From an uncultured Verrucomicrobiae bacterium (lineage in GTDB: Bacteria; Verrucomicrobiota; Verrucomicrobiia; Chthoniobacterales; Chthoniobacteraceae): a DNA stretch of 64,000 nucleotides. The stretch is taken from NCBI GenBank assembly GCA_963836755.1, contig CAWIKF010000002.1, forward strand, positions 768,001 through 832,000. Direction: 5' to 3'. Made by a program: the position numbers and the translations under genes. Below, in pieces: positions 8,958 to 19,101 of this stretch (position 1 is the stretch's first letter; the number at the start of each line of letters is the position of its first letter). The notes under the pieces are model-generated. The model made no database searches. It was not told the DNA's origin and worked only from the letters and a program-made list of their open reading frames with translations.

Positions 8958-11651
8958 TTGGCCTGCTGGAATCTAATCGCTAAAGGTAAATGGATCAAAA
9001 TCCTCGGGACAGCGGCAGCTTGTTTGTTCACGCTGGCTGACTCCTTAGAGGCAGCAACTTCCACGCTGTTCTGTGCAAAGAAAGACGCGGCAGCGATGTT
9101 TGGGGCAGGCGATCTTTCCGCTGCGATGGCTCGGCAAGGCTACACCGTATCAGATGTTCAAGATTTGACCACGCTGACCGGAGGCACCGAGAATATCCGT
9201 ATAGTCCTTGCCAAAAAGGGGACCTCGAGTGTTGAGGACGCGCTTGCAAAGGAAGGTGCGCCTCCCGTGCCCACCCTCCAGCCTCAGGGATATGCCTATC
9301 GTCTTACCACCTCCGGCACTCGGCGCACCTATTGGGTGATCGGGGCGGATGCGACCGGGCTCATGTATGGCGGCTTGGATCTGGCGAACTCCATCGCCAT
9401 TAATGACCTGGGTTCAGTGTTCAATAGCGAGCATAATCCATATATCGTTCGCCGAGGTCTTCTCTACAATATTCCCTTGGACTGTCGCGCCCCGAACTAT
9501 GGCGCCTCCGGTGATGCTTTTTCGGAGAATATAGAGGTGATGTGGGACTTTACCTTTTGGAAGGAGTTCCTGGATGATCTGGCGCGCGATCATCTGAATG
9601 TCATCTATCTGTGGACCCAGAACCCCTTCCCCGTCCTGGTCAAAGTGCCCGACTATCCAGAGGTCTCGTTGAGTGATGTCCAGAGGCCCACGATTCCGTT
9701 CACGGGTTCCACGTCAGGGACCGGGCTTACGCCCCCGGAGATGCTCAAAACCGCCGCCACGGTGAAGACGATGACCATCGAAGATAAAATTGCGTTCTGG
9801 CAGAAGGTGATGGCTTACGCGCACGATCGGGGGGTCTCGTTTTCGTTAAACACCTTCAATATCCATCTCTATTCCATGGAAGGAAAACATGGGATCACCA
9901 ACAGCCTGAGCAATCCAAACACCAAGGATTACTTTAGAAAGGCAGTTGAGGCGATGGTATTAACCTACCCTTTTCTGGAGGAGATTGGGACGTATCAAGG
10001 AGAGGATATGAAAGGGAGCGATGAAGCCAGGCAGGCTTGGATTCATGACACCTACTATCAAGGTATCTTGGATGCCGAAGCGCAGCGGCCCGGCCGGCGG
10101 GTCAATTTTATGGATCGGGTGAGCAGTCCCAAGCAGATGGATGTGGCAGCGTCGACCTCTGGCGCCGATCCCGAAAGGTTCCACGCCTCCATCCGGTATG
10201 CGACGCAGATCTATACAACGCCAACCCCTCACTCCTTTGATTTTCTGCTAAGTCACGTGCCGAATGGAAGGCAAGTGTGGCTGGAGTTTAGAAACGAGTC
10301 TTTCTTTGCGTTCAGATTTGGTGACTGTGAATTCATCCGCTCACTAATAAAAGGAATCCCGACCAATAAGACTTATGGGTTTCTCTGGGGAAGTAACGGA
10401 TACATGTACGGACGGGAGTTTATTAGTACTGACCCAGACAGTCCCCGCCAATCCTTGTCGAAAAAGATGTGGTACAATTTCATGCTACTCGGGCGTCTAG
10501 CCTATGATCCGGGCCTCTCGACGAGCCTCTTCCAAAAAACCATTGCTAATAAGTTTCCTGAGGTGAGCGGTCCGGCCCTTTACGATGCCTGGGTGGCCGC
10601 TTCCAAGATTATTCCCGTGGTTAATCGTTTCCACTTTTCCAATACGGGCGGGGCAGACTGGATGTGGTATCCGGAAGCATGCATGAACCAGCGGGAAAAT
10701 ACGATTTCCAACTTTATCGGCAGTCGCACTATCGACTCCACCATGATGAACATCGGCGCCTACCGCGACAAACTGGCGGGCGGGCTGGCAATGGGTTCAG
10801 CCATCACACCTCTGCAAACGGCTCAACAACTGAATGACTATGCCGACGCCGCTTTGCAGAGCGTTGACCAGATGGATCCGGGTCCAAACAAAGAGCTTCG
10901 TTTAACCATCGGCGATATCCGCGCTATGGCGTATCTCGGGTATTATTATTCGGAGAAAATTCAGGGTGCCACCGAGAAGGCCATCTATGATCAGGATCCG
11001 GCCTCGCATGCCGAATTTAAACAGAAGGCGATTGATCATCTAAGGTTGGCCGCAATGCATTGGAGGACCTATGCCGCTGCGTTCGCGCAGTTGTATAAGC
11101 CGCAGTGGCTGTCCCGGATTGGCCCAGGAGGAGGCTCTGCCTCGGCGTATGTCGATGTAAAGCAACTGTTCGCGACGGCGCTCACCGACCTTAAGATCGC
11201 CAGAGGGAGTGATCTGGATGCTTCGACCACCCCAACCGCCAACGGTAGTATTTTAGAGGCGGAGAAGGCGCGATTTCGAGCAGGTTTGGTAACAACCCGT
11301 CTGAGCGGATTCACCGGAACCGGCGCGGTCGAGTTCACACGCGCAACTAATGGAACGATCGAGTGGAACTATTTTGCCGCCCAGCCTGGGTCCTACTCGT
11401 TAGAATTCCGCTATTCAATGGCAAGCGGAAACGTTCCGGCCACCTTGTCCCTCAACGGAAAACAGGTCGACGGGGAGTTGTCATTCTGGACGACGGGAAA
11501 CTCATGGCAATCTGAAACCCGGCACCTCCCGCTCGTTTCGGGACCGAACGTGATCAAACTCAGCTTTAGGACACCTAGAACGCTCCTCGTGGATCACCTT
11601 AATGTTGTAGCGAGTTGTGAAAGAGTTTTAGCTCCTCCGCAAAAACGCTGA
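8958..11651 (+). CDS. uncharacterised secreted glycoside-hydrolase-like protein with C-terminal CBM6/CBM35-type domain
   Basis: GGAGGA RBS before TTG; signal peptide; QGYAY...IGADATGLMYG (GH20/67/115-type N-domain); LEAE...GFTGTG...YSLEFRYS...GPNVIKL...VDHLNV CBM signature. Confidence 0.7.
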   Translation: MACWNLIAKGKWIKILGTAAACLFTLADSLEAATSTLFCAKKDAAAMFGAGDLSAAMARQGYTVSDVQDLTTLTGGTENIRIVLAKKGTSSVEDALAKEGAPPVPTLQPQGYAYRLTTSGTRRTYWVIGADATGLMYGGLDLANSIAINDLGSVFNSEHNPYIVRRGLLYNIPLDCRAPNYGASGDAFSENIEVMWDFTFWKEFLDDLARDHLNVIYLWTQNPFPVLVKVPDYPEVSLSDVQRPTIPFTGSTSGTGLTPPEMLKTAATVKTMTIEDKIAFWQKVMAYAHDRGVSFSLNTFNIHLYSMEGKHGITNSLSNPNTKDYFRKAVEAMVLTYPFLEEIGTYQGEDMKGSDEARQAWIHDTYYQGILDAEAQRPGRRVNFMDRVSSPKQMDVAASTSGADPERFHASIRYATQIYTTPTPHSFDFLLSHVPNGRQVWLEFRNESFFAFRFGDCEFIRSLIKGIPTNKTYGFLWGSNGYMYGREFISTDPDSPRQSLSKKMWYNFMLLGRLAYDPGLSTSLFQKTIANKFPEVSGPALYDAWVAASKIIPVVNRFHFSNTGGADWMWYPEACMNQRENTISNFIGSRTIDSTMMNIGAYRDKLAGGLAMGSAITPLQTAQQLNDYADAALQSVDQMDPGPNKELRLTIGDIRAMAYLGYYYSEKIQGATEKAIYDQDPASHAEFKQKAIDHLRLAAMHWRTYAAAFAQLYKPQWLSRIGPGGGSASAYVDVKQLFATALTDLKIARGSDLDASTTPTANGSILEAEKARFRAGLVTTRLSGFTGTGAVEFTRATNGTIEWNYFAAQPGSYSLEFRYSMASGNVPATLSLNGKQVDGELSFWTTGNSWQSETRHLPLVSGPNVIKLSFRTPRTLLVDHLNVVASCERVLAPPQKR

Positions 11652-11717
11652 CAGTTGCGCGAAAAAATGAGCCCTGCTTTTTGGAGAAAGTTCCCAATTG
11701 TGAGGAACTTCTAAAAT

Positions 11718-11792
11718 TGGCTCCAGCGGTAGGATTTGAACCTACGACCAATCGGTTAACAGCCGACCGCTCTACCACTGAGCTACGCTGGA
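11718..11792 (-). tRNA. tRNA-Asn(GTT)
   Basis: Reverse complement TCCAGCGTAGCTCAGTGGTAGAGCGGTCGGCTGTTAACCGATTGGTCGTAGGTTCAAATCCTACCGCTGGAGCCA folds as a cloverleaf, anticodon GTT, encoded CCA. Confidence 0.97.
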
Positions 11793-11915
11793 TTTAAAAA
11801 TTGCCGCCGAGAGAAACCTTCGCACTTCGCTGCGGCCTCGCGGTGGCTTTACTGCTAGCTTTTGCTGCTCCCGGGGTCAAGCTGGTTCACGACTACGCAC
11901 CAAAGTTTCTGCAGG

Positions 11916-12605
11916 TCAGGTGCAGAGGATCGTGAGCTTTTTGGGGCCATGCGCGCCGAGGACGAGGATGCGTTCAATGTCGCCAGTGCGGCTCGGCCCG
12001 GTGATGAATGAGAAAAAGCTGGGCATCGCGGGCGCGTATTTTTTTTGCAAAACTGAAATTGCTGCGCTGAGGTCGGGCACGAGCTGCGCGCGGCTCGCGA
12101 GCACGATGTGATGCGGCGGCAGCACCGAAAGCGCGCGGCCGCCGGCACTGCGGGTCGAGACGAGGATGCTGCCCGTTTGCGCGACGAGAGCGTCGCACTC
12201 GGTGATGCCGGCATCGCAGTTTTCGAGCTCGCGAACGTCGTAGCCGGGATCGGTTTCGACGACCGGCAGCTTCAGTGTTTCGCGAGCAAAGTTCGTAAGT
12301 TCGCCCCGATGGATCCCGACTTTTTCCCATCCTTCGCGGTTGCGGATTTCCGACAAGCGCCGCGCAAGTTCATCGCGCGATGCGACGAGGCGAAAGTCGG
12401 CACGAAGCTCGATGGAGTGGGCGCGGAACATTTCCACTTGTTCCACCAAAGTTTCACCTGCGTGCGGAAGCCAGCGTGAGAAGGAGTTCGGCTGCTCCAC
12501 TGGCGCACGCGACGGCGGCGCATCGGTATGCGAGTGGGGATGCGGCGCGCTGAGCGTCAATGCTTCGCGGATGCGACCGAGGATTTTTTCGCGTTCGCCG
12601 TTCAT
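11916..12605 (-). CDS. lutC: lactate utilisation protein C (LUD domain)
   Basis: AQTGS...GRALSVLPPHHI...FITGPSRTGDIERILVLGAHGP; ATGA overlap with the lutB stop. Confidence 0.9.
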   Translation of the reverse strand: MNGEREKILGRIREALTLSAPHPHSHTDAPPSRAPVEQPNSFSRWLPHAGETLVEQVEMFRAHSIELRADFRLVASRDELARRLSEIRNREGWEKVGIHRGELTNFARETLKLPVVETDPGYDVRELENCDAGITECDALVAQTGSILVSTRSAGGRALSVLPPHHIVLASRAQLVPDLSAAISVLQKKYAPAMPSFFSFITGPSRTGDIERILVLGAHGPKKLTILCT

Positions 12606-14008
12606 TTTTTCGGCTGACGATTTTTCCAAATCTCGCTGAAAGTTTCCGTCGCCACGTCGGGCAGATCACGCGTCTTCGTCCATGCGAACGCCGGGTCGAG
12701 CGGCGTGCCTTTCACGAGCGGATGAAACTTTTGCGCGAAGCGCGCGAGACGCTGGCTGAGGCTCCAAAGCGCCGGCCGCTTCATCACGAATGCGAAGCCG
12801 GCGAACGCGAGCGATTCCCACCAGACCGGTTTTTGGCGCATCGCGTTCCGGCGATTGCGCAGCAGATGATGATGGAGATCGATCTTCACTGGGCACGCCT
12901 CGGTGCAGGCGCCGCAGAGCGACGATGCGAAGGAAAGATGTTTCCAATCCTGCAATCCGCGCAGGTGCGGCGTGATGACGGAGCCGATCGGGCCTTGATA
13001 AGTCGCACCGTAAGTGTGGCCGCCGACGTTGCGATAGATCGGGCAAACGTTCAGGCACGCGCCGCAGCGGATGCAATGAAGCGCATCGCGCTGCTCGGGA
13101 TCGGCGAGCAATTGCGTGCGCTGGTTGTCGAGCAGGACGACGTGAAATTCCTCGGGGCCGTCGCTTTCGCCCGGCTGGCGCGGACCGCCGTAAAGCGAGT
13201 TGTATCCGGTCATCGCCTGGCCCGCGCCCGCGGTGCCGAGCAGCGGTAAAAAAAGCGCGAGGTCGTCGAGCCGCGGCAAAATTTTCTCTATTCCGAGCAG
13301 CGCGATGTGCACCTTTGGCAGCGCGCAAGTCAGCCGCGCATTGCCCTCGTTTTCGGTGATCGAGATCATCCCCGTTTCCGCGATCGCAAAGTTCGCACCG
13401 CTGATGCCGATGTCGGCCGTGATGTATTTTTGACGCATCACGCGCCGCGCGATCATCGTCAATTCCTCCGGATCGCTCGTCGGCGCGCTGCCGAGTTCTT
13501 TTTCAAAAAGCGCGCTGATTTCGCCGCGCGTGAGATGCATCGCGGGAAAAACAAAATGATACGGCGCCTCGTGCCGCAACTGCACGATGTATTCGCCGAG
13601 ATCGGACTCGACGACATCGAAGCCAGCCTGCTCCAGCGCTTCGTTCAAATGGATTTCCTCGCCTGTCATCACCTTGCTTTTGATGATCGAACGCGCATTT
13701 TTTTCGCGGACAATTCCGATGATGATTTCGCGCGCCTGCGCGCCGGTGCTGGCCCAATGCACCTTCGTCCCGCGAGCTGCGATTTTGTCCGCAAACTCCA
13801 CGAGATACTTGTCGAGATGATTGACCGCTTCCCACTTGATTTCCGCGCCCGCCTGCCGCGCGCCCTGCCAATCCTGATACTTCGCCTTTCGCGCATCGCG
13901 CGCCGCCTCATATTTTTTCAGCGCCGTGTCGATAAGCGCGCGGTGCCGCAGATCGTGCGTCAGCCGCTCCGCGTCATTCTTGAATTGTTCGGCGTTCGTC
14001 CGGGCCAC
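12602..14008 (-). CDS. lutB: L-lactate dehydrogenase Fe-S subunit LutB/LldF
   Basis: KSKVMTGEE, ESDLGEYIVQL, CIRCGACLNVCP and SSLCGACTEACP motifs. Confidence 0.95.
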   Translation of the reverse strand: MARTNAEQFKNDAERLTHDLRHRALIDTALKKYEAARDARKAKYQDWQGARQAGAEIKWEAVNHLDKYLVEFADKIAARGTKVHWASTGAQAREIIIGIVREKNARSIIKSKVMTGEEIHLNEALEQAGFDVVESDLGEYIVQLRHEAPYHFVFPAMHLTRGEISALFEKELGSAPTSDPEELTMIARRVMRQKYITADIGISGANFAIAETGMISITENEGNARLTCALPKVHIALLGIEKILPRLDDLALFLPLLGTAGAGQAMTGYNSLYGGPRQPGESDGPEEFHVVLLDNQRTQLLADPEQRDALHCIRCGACLNVCPIYRNVGGHTYGATYQGPIGSVITPHLRGLQDWKHLSFASSLCGACTEACPVKIDLHHHLLRNRRNAMRQKPVWWESLAFAGFAFVMKRPALWSLSQRLARFAQKFHPLVKGTPLDPAFAWTKTRDLPDVATETFSEIWKNRQPKK

Positions 14009-14011
14009 TTT

Positions 14012-14731
14012 TTATGCGCGCGAATTCAAGATTTCCGCGAGGTGCAAAGTTCGCATCGGCCGGCCTTCGCGGTCGAGCAAACCTTGCATCTGCATGTTGC
14101 AGCTCAAGTCGTTGGAGACGATAAAATCCGCGCCGGTCTCGCGCGCGGAGGCACATTTCACTTCGCCCATCGCCGTCGAAATCATCGGGAATTTTGCCGC
14201 GAAAGTTCCGCCAAAGCCGCAGCAATTTTCCGCCTCGCGCATCTCGATCAACTCCAATCCGCGCACCTTCGCGAGCAATTCGCGCGGCTGCTTTTTATTG
14301 CCGAGCTCGCGCAATCCGTGACAGCCATCGTGAAAAGTTACTTTCGCCGGAAACTGCGCGCCGAGGTCCGTCACGCCAAGTTTCGTCACTAAAAAATCGG
14401 AGAACTCGTAAGTTTTTTCCGCGAGCGTTTCCGCACGCGCGGCGCGTGGAGTTTCGGCAAAAAGTTGCGGGTAGAATTTCTTGATCATCGCGCCGCACGA
14501 GCCGGAAATGACGACGAGCGCCTCGGCGGCCTGCAAGCGGTCGAGCACTTTCGTGGCGATATCGCGCGCCGGATTCCAGTAGCCGGAATTAAACGCCGGC
14601 TGTCCGCAGCAGGTGATTGCGTCGGGACATTCCACTTCGTGACCGAGCCGCTCGAAAATCTCCACGACATCCATCGCGACTCGCGGATAAAACAGATTGA
14701 CGAAGCATGGAACGAACAGCGTGATTTTCAC
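14012..14731 (-). CDS. lutA: lactate utilisation protein A (CCG-domain Fe-S protein)
   Basis: LFVPC, CCGQPAFNSG, SGSC, HDGCH and CCGFGGTF motifs. Confidence 0.93.
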   Translation of the reverse strand: MKITLFVPCFVNLFYPRVAMDVVEIFERLGHEVECPDAITCCGQPAFNSGYWNPARDIATKVLDRLQAAEALVVISGSCGAMIKKFYPQLFAETPRAARAETLAEKTYEFSDFLVTKLGVTDLGAQFPAKVTFHDGCHGLRELGNKKQPRELLAKVRGLELIEMREAENCCGFGGTFAAKFPMISTAMGEVKCASARETGADFIVSNDLSCNMQMQGLLDREGRPMRTLHLAEILNSRA

Positions 14732-14761
14732 TCCGTTAAACTTTTGCGCATCGCCGGAACC

Positions 14762-16942
14762 TCACCGCAAAAACGCCTCGTGCAAGCCGCCATCCACCGT
14801 GATGACCTGGCCGGTCGTTTTGCTGAGTCGATTGCTCACGAGCAGAAAATACGCTTCGGCCTGATCCGCGGGCGTGATCGGCGATTTCGTCAAAGTCCGA
14901 TCGGCGTAAAATTGCGCAAGTTTCGTCACGAGCGATTCCGTCGCCTCATCGTCCTTGTAAGGGATGTTGTATTTTGCGAGCGAGCCTATGACGCGGTCGC
15001 GCGGGAACATCGCGGAGCCTTGCACGACGGTCGCCGGCGCGACGCCGTTGACGCGCACGAGCGGCGCGAGCTCGATCGCCAGCTCGCGCACGAGATGATT
15101 TGCGGCCGCCTTCGACGTGTCGTAAGCGACGCTCCCTTTTTTCGCGACGACTGCATTCGCGCTGGTCGTCAGCACGAGCGCGCCTTTCAGGCCTTGTTCT
15201 TTCCACGTCTTGAAAGCTTCGTCGGCGACGAGATAAAGGCCGGTGACATTGATGCCAAAAGTCAGCGCCCATTTTTCATCCGGAATGTGTCCCGTCGTGT
15301 CGCTCGCGACAAAAATTCCGGCAGTGACTTCGATGGAATCAAACCCGCCATACGCCAGCGCGACCTCGTCGAGCATCGCGCGGATGCTTGCGCGGTCAGT
15401 GATATTTGCGGCGAGTCCAATCGCCGGGCCGCAGCCACTGATGCCGCTGCCCGCGACGCCGATGCCCTGCCCGAGTTTGTCGGTGATTCCTTTCGCGGTC
15501 GCCTCCGCGGAAGCTTGATTGAGATCGACCGCGACAATGTGCGCGCCTTCCTTCACGAGCCGATGCGCCGTTTCTTTTCCGATGCCCGAGCCCGCGCCGA
15601 TGACGATATGCACCTGCCGCGCGAGCTCTTTTTCCGCGGGCATCCGCTGCAATTTCGCCTCCTCGAGCAGCCAATATTCAATGTCGAACGCCTCCTGCTG
15701 CGGCAGCGCGATGTATTCGTCAATCGCCTCCGCGCCGCGCATCACCTCAACTGCGCAGTTGTAAAACTCCGCCGTCACGCGCGATTCCGATTTGTCCTTG
15801 CCCCACGCGATCATGCCGAGGCCGGGAATTAAAATCACTGTCGGGTTCGGATCGCGCATCGCCGGCGAGTTCGCGTGTTTGCATTTTTCGTAATATTTCG
15901 CGTAGTCCTTGCGGTAACTTTCCAGGCCGCTCGCGAGCACTTTTTTCAACGCCGCGAGATCGTCTTTCTGCGGATTCCAGTCGACGTAGAGCGGCTTGAT
16001 TTTCGTCCGCAAAAAATGATCCGGGCAGCTCGTGCCCAGCTCCGCGAGCCGTTCCGCGTCTTTCGAGTTTACGAAACGCAAAATTTTCTCGTCGTCCTGA
16101 ATCGTCCCGATGAAACGCTTTTGCTGCGAGACCTGTCCGCGCAGCCACGGCAAAATTTGTGCGAAAATTTCGCGGCGTTTCACCTCGTCGAGCGTCTGGT
16201 ATTTTTGTCCGCCAAAAGTTTTCTCGCCTTTGTCGTGAGCCGCGATGTATTGCGCGGCTTTTTCGATCAGCGTCAGCGTCAGCTCGTAGCATTCCTTGTC
16301 GTCATTCGCCCAATTGATCAGGCCGTGCTGGCCCATGATGATGCCTTTTGCGTTCGGGTGCTCGCGACAGATTTTTTGCATTTCGAGCCCGAGCTCGAAT
16401 CCGGGCCGCAGCCACGCCGTGTGCACGACTTCGTCGCCGTAAATTTCTTTCGTCAACTTCACCGAATTTTTCGACGCCGCGATCGAGATCGCCGCATTCG
16501 GATGCATGTGATCCACATGTTTAAACGGAATAAAACTGTGCAGCGGCGTGTCGATCGAAGATGGGCGCGGGTTGAGATTGAAAGTCGTGTGCATATACAT
16601 GCCGACCATTTTGTCCTCGGCATCAGTCTTCGGGCCTTTCTCCGGCGCGGCTGCGTAAAGCGGTTGCAGCGAAAGCAGCTTGTCCTGATAGAGCGACGAA
16701 AAATTTTCGCGAAGCGAAGTCCGCAAATCGCCGCCCGAGCCTTTCACCCAAAGCACTTCGATTTCGCGGCCGGTCAACGGATCGACCTGCATGATTTTCG
16801 ACGAAGTGTTTCCGCCTCCGGTGTTCGTGATGCGCTGGTCGGAGCCGAGAATATTCGAGCGATAAATCAAGCGGCCGACGGCGTCGAGCGACGCGGCTTT
16901 CGTGTCGTCCCAAAGATAATTGACGTGTTCGTATTTTTTCAT
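14762..16942 (-). CDS. bifunctional rhamnulose-1-phosphate aldolase / short-chain dehydrogenase (RhaED/RhaEW type)
   Basis: GGGNTSSK, VKGSGGD, PSSIDTPLH, CPDHFLRTK and EYWLLEEAK in the aldolase half; GAGSGIG and YDTSK SDR motifs; ATGA overlap with rhaB places the start at MKKYEHV. Confidence 0.93.
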   Translation of the reverse strand: MKKYEHVNYLWDDTKAASLDAVGRLIYRSNILGSDQRITNTGGGNTSSKIMQVDPLTGREIEVLWVKGSGGDLRTSLRENFSSLYQDKLLSLQPLYAAAPEKGPKTDAEDKMVGMYMHTTFNLNPRPSSIDTPLHSFIPFKHVDHMHPNAAISIAASKNSVKLTKEIYGDEVVHTAWLRPGFELGLEMQKICREHPNAKGIIMGQHGLINWANDDKECYELTLTLIEKAAQYIAAHDKGEKTFGGQKYQTLDEVKRREIFAQILPWLRGQVSQQKRFIGTIQDDEKILRFVNSKDAERLAELGTSCPDHFLRTKIKPLYVDWNPQKDDLAALKKVLASGLESYRKDYAKYYEKCKHANSPAMRDPNPTVILIPGLGMIAWGKDKSESRVTAEFYNCAVEVMRGAEAIDEYIALPQQEAFDIEYWLLEEAKLQRMPAEKELARQVHIVIGAGSGIGKETAHRLVKEGAHIVAVDLNQASAEATAKGITDKLGQGIGVAGSGISGCGPAIGLAANITDRASIRAMLDEVALAYGGFDSIEVTAGIFVASDTTGHIPDEKWALTFGINVTGLYLVADEAFKTWKEQGLKGALVLTTSANAVVAKKGSVAYDTSKAAANHLVRELAIELAPLVRVNGVAPATVVQGSAMFPRDRVIGSLAKYNIPYKDDEATESLVTKLAQFYADRTLTKSPITPADQAEAYFLLVSNRLSKTTGQVITVDGGLHEAFLR

Positions 16943-18417
16943 GTGAGGAGGTTGAGTTTGGAAAATCGCTCCGAAGCTTCGCGCCAATCGGCCGCGTCTG
17001 CTGGAGAAAAAGTTTGCACGGGAAAAGATTCCGCGACCACGCGGCGCAACTCGCTCAGCGAGCGAAGCTGCCCGAGCGCAATCGCCTGGATGAGCACGTT
17101 CCCGATCGCCGTCGCCTCGACCGGCCCGGCAAAAACTTCGCGCTCGATTGCATTCGCGGTGAATTGATTGAGCAAAGAATTTTTGCTGCCGCCGCCGACG
17201 ACGTGCAGCCGGCGGATCGTGCGGCCCGTGATTTTTTCGAGTTGATCGAGCGTCCGCCGATACAAAAGCGCGAGACTTTCCACGATGCAGCGACCGAACG
17301 CGCCCGGCTCTTCGGGCACTGGCTGCGCGGTTTCGCGGCAATAGCTCACGATTTTTTCCGGCATATTTCCCGGCTTCAAAAATCGCGCTGCGTTCGGATT
17401 GATCAGCGAACGAAACGGCGTCGCTGCCTGCGCGCGGTGCGTCAATTCCGCGTAATCGAGCTCGCCATTTTGCTGCGCCCAAGTGCGCCGGCATTCCTGC
17501 AAAATCCAAAGTCCGATGATGTTTTTTAAAAAGCGAACGCTGCCGCCAAAGCCGAGCTCGTTCGTGAAATTATGCTCGCGCGCGGCGTCGTTGATGAGCG
17601 GCTCTGGCAGCTCGACTCCGATCAGCGACCAGGTGCCCGATGAAAGATACGCCCAATCGTCGCCATCGCCCGCGGGCACTGCCGCGACGGCCGCGCCGGT
17701 GTCGTGCGAGCAGGTCGCAATGACCTGCACTTCATCCGCGAAATCAAGTTCCGCGGCGACTTCCGGCAGCAGCGGCCCGAGCTTTGCGCCGGACGGGACA
17801 ACGTCTGGAAAAATTTGCGCGGGAATCGAAAAAGTCTCGATCAACTTTTGCGACCACGTGCGCGTGCGCGGATTGTAAATCTGTGTCGTGCTCGCCATGC
17901 TTTCCTCAGCGCAAGCCACGCCGCAGAAAAGAAAATTCAGGTAATCGGCGATGTTCAGAAACTTTTCCGCAATTTTCAGCAGCTCCGCATTCTGTTGCAC
18001 ATCGGCAACGAGCTGATAAACCGTGTTAAACTGCATGAACTGAATGCCTGTCTCGGCAAAAATCAGCTCCGACTTTGGCAGCGACGCCGCGAAAGTTTCA
18101 TCCGTGCGCGCATCGCGGTAATGATACGGCAGCGCGAGCAGTGGCTGGCTCGCATTGAAAAGCGCGTAATCGACGCCCCAAGAATCGACGCTCAAACTTT
18201 CGACGGCAATTTTGCGCGCGGCGACTTTGCAAAGTCCGATTTTGAGTTCTTCAAAAATCCGCAGCACGTCCCAGCGCAACGTTCCAAAAATCCGCGCGCC
18301 GCCATTGGCAAACCGATGGATTTCCTCGAGCTCAAGCCGCCCGCCGCCGAGCGTGCCGAGGATTACGCGGCCGCTTTCTGCGCCGAGATCACACGCGATG
18401 TAACGTCGTTCGATCAT
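16939..18417 (-). CDS. rhaB: rhamnulokinase (FGGY kinase)
   Basis: DLGAESGR, DSWGVDY, HYRDART, HDTGAAV, SSGTWSL, KNIIGLW and GGGSKN motifs. Confidence 0.93.
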   Translation of the reverse strand: MIERRYIACDLGAESGRVILGTLGGGRLELEEIHRFANGGARIFGTLRWDVLRIFEELKIGLCKVAARKIAVESLSVDSWGVDYALFNASQPLLALPYHYRDARTDETFAASLPKSELIFAETGIQFMQFNTVYQLVADVQQNAELLKIAEKFLNIADYLNFLFCGVACAEESMASTTQIYNPRTRTWSQKLIETFSIPAQIFPDVVPSGAKLGPLLPEVAAELDFADEVQVIATCSHDTGAAVAAVPAGDGDDWAYLSSGTWSLIGVELPEPLINDAAREHNFTNELGFGGSVRFLKNIIGLWILQECRRTWAQQNGELDYAELTHRAQAATPFRSLINPNAARFLKPGNMPEKIVSYCRETAQPVPEEPGAFGRCIVESLALLYRRTLDQLEKITGRTIRRLHVVGGGSKNSLLNQFTANAIEREVFAGPVEATAIGNVLIQAIALGQLRSLSELRRVVAESFPVQTFSPADAADWREASERFSKLNLLT

Positions 18418-18520
18418 GCGTGGGAATGCGGCGTCGGGATTTTTTCGTGTGCTCCGCGATCCATTCGGGACGCGCAGTTTCGCGCCGTGCGCCGCCTTTT
18501 TGCAAACTAAAACCCGGCGA

Positions 18521-19066
18521 TTATTTCAGCTTCGGCGCGGCTTCGGGAAAAAGTGCGTCAGTCACGCGGACGAGCTCGATCGTGAGCTCCTCGGTGCGGC
18601 GATTGATCGCGGCGTCGCTGAAAAGTTTTTCGTCCGTTTTCGCCGGAGGCGCATAAACAAAGCGCGGGATGATGACGCAGTGGTAGTCAAGCATGAGCGT
18701 ATTCGCGAATGGCATGACGCTCATGTAGCTGCCGTGGCCGCCTGCGGCGCAGACGAAGCCGACGATTTTTCCTTCCCACGCGTCGCCGGTCAGCTCGACG
18801 AGATTTTTCGCGGCGGCGTTGACGTCGTAGTTGTAAATGGCGGTCGCCAAAATGACGCCGCGCGCCTCCGCGATCCGAGCTGTGAGTGCGATGACGTTGG
18901 GATCGGAATAGCAGGCGCCGGCGTCGCACATCGGCAATGGGATTTGCGCGAGGTCGATGAAATCGGCGTCAAGGTTTTTGGCGGCGAGATGCTGCTGTGC
19001 GATTTTTCCGACGATGCGGCTGCGGCTGTTTGGATTGAGGCTGCAACTGATGACGAGGTAGCGCAT
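18521..19066 (-). CDS. NADPH-dependent FMN reductase
   Basis: SCSLNPNSRS, IYNY and KNLVE flavodoxin-fold motifs. Confidence 0.85.
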   Translation of the reverse strand: MRYLVISCSLNPNSRSRIVGKIAQQHLAAKNLDADFIDLAQIPLPMCDAGACYSDPNVIALTARIAEARGVILATAIYNYDVNAAAKNLVELTGDAWEGKIVGFVCAAGGHGSYMSVMPFANTLMLDYHCVIIPRFVYAPPAKTDEKLFSDAAINRRTEELTIELVRVTDALFPEAAPKLK

Positions 19067-19101
19067 GGCCGATCAAATGAACTGCGCCGCGCGCGGCGCA
19101 A

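Noticed and set aside
14762..17509. 915-aa ORF suggesting an N-terminally extended aldolase
   Set aside because: The first 189 aa overlap rhaB in another frame and look like frame noise; the ATGA-coupled start at 16942 gives a normal protein
12560..18510. Long plus-strand ORFs (e.g. 13307-14392, 14465-15832, 15875-17167)
   Set aside because: Antisense shadows of high-GC genes, with no motifs
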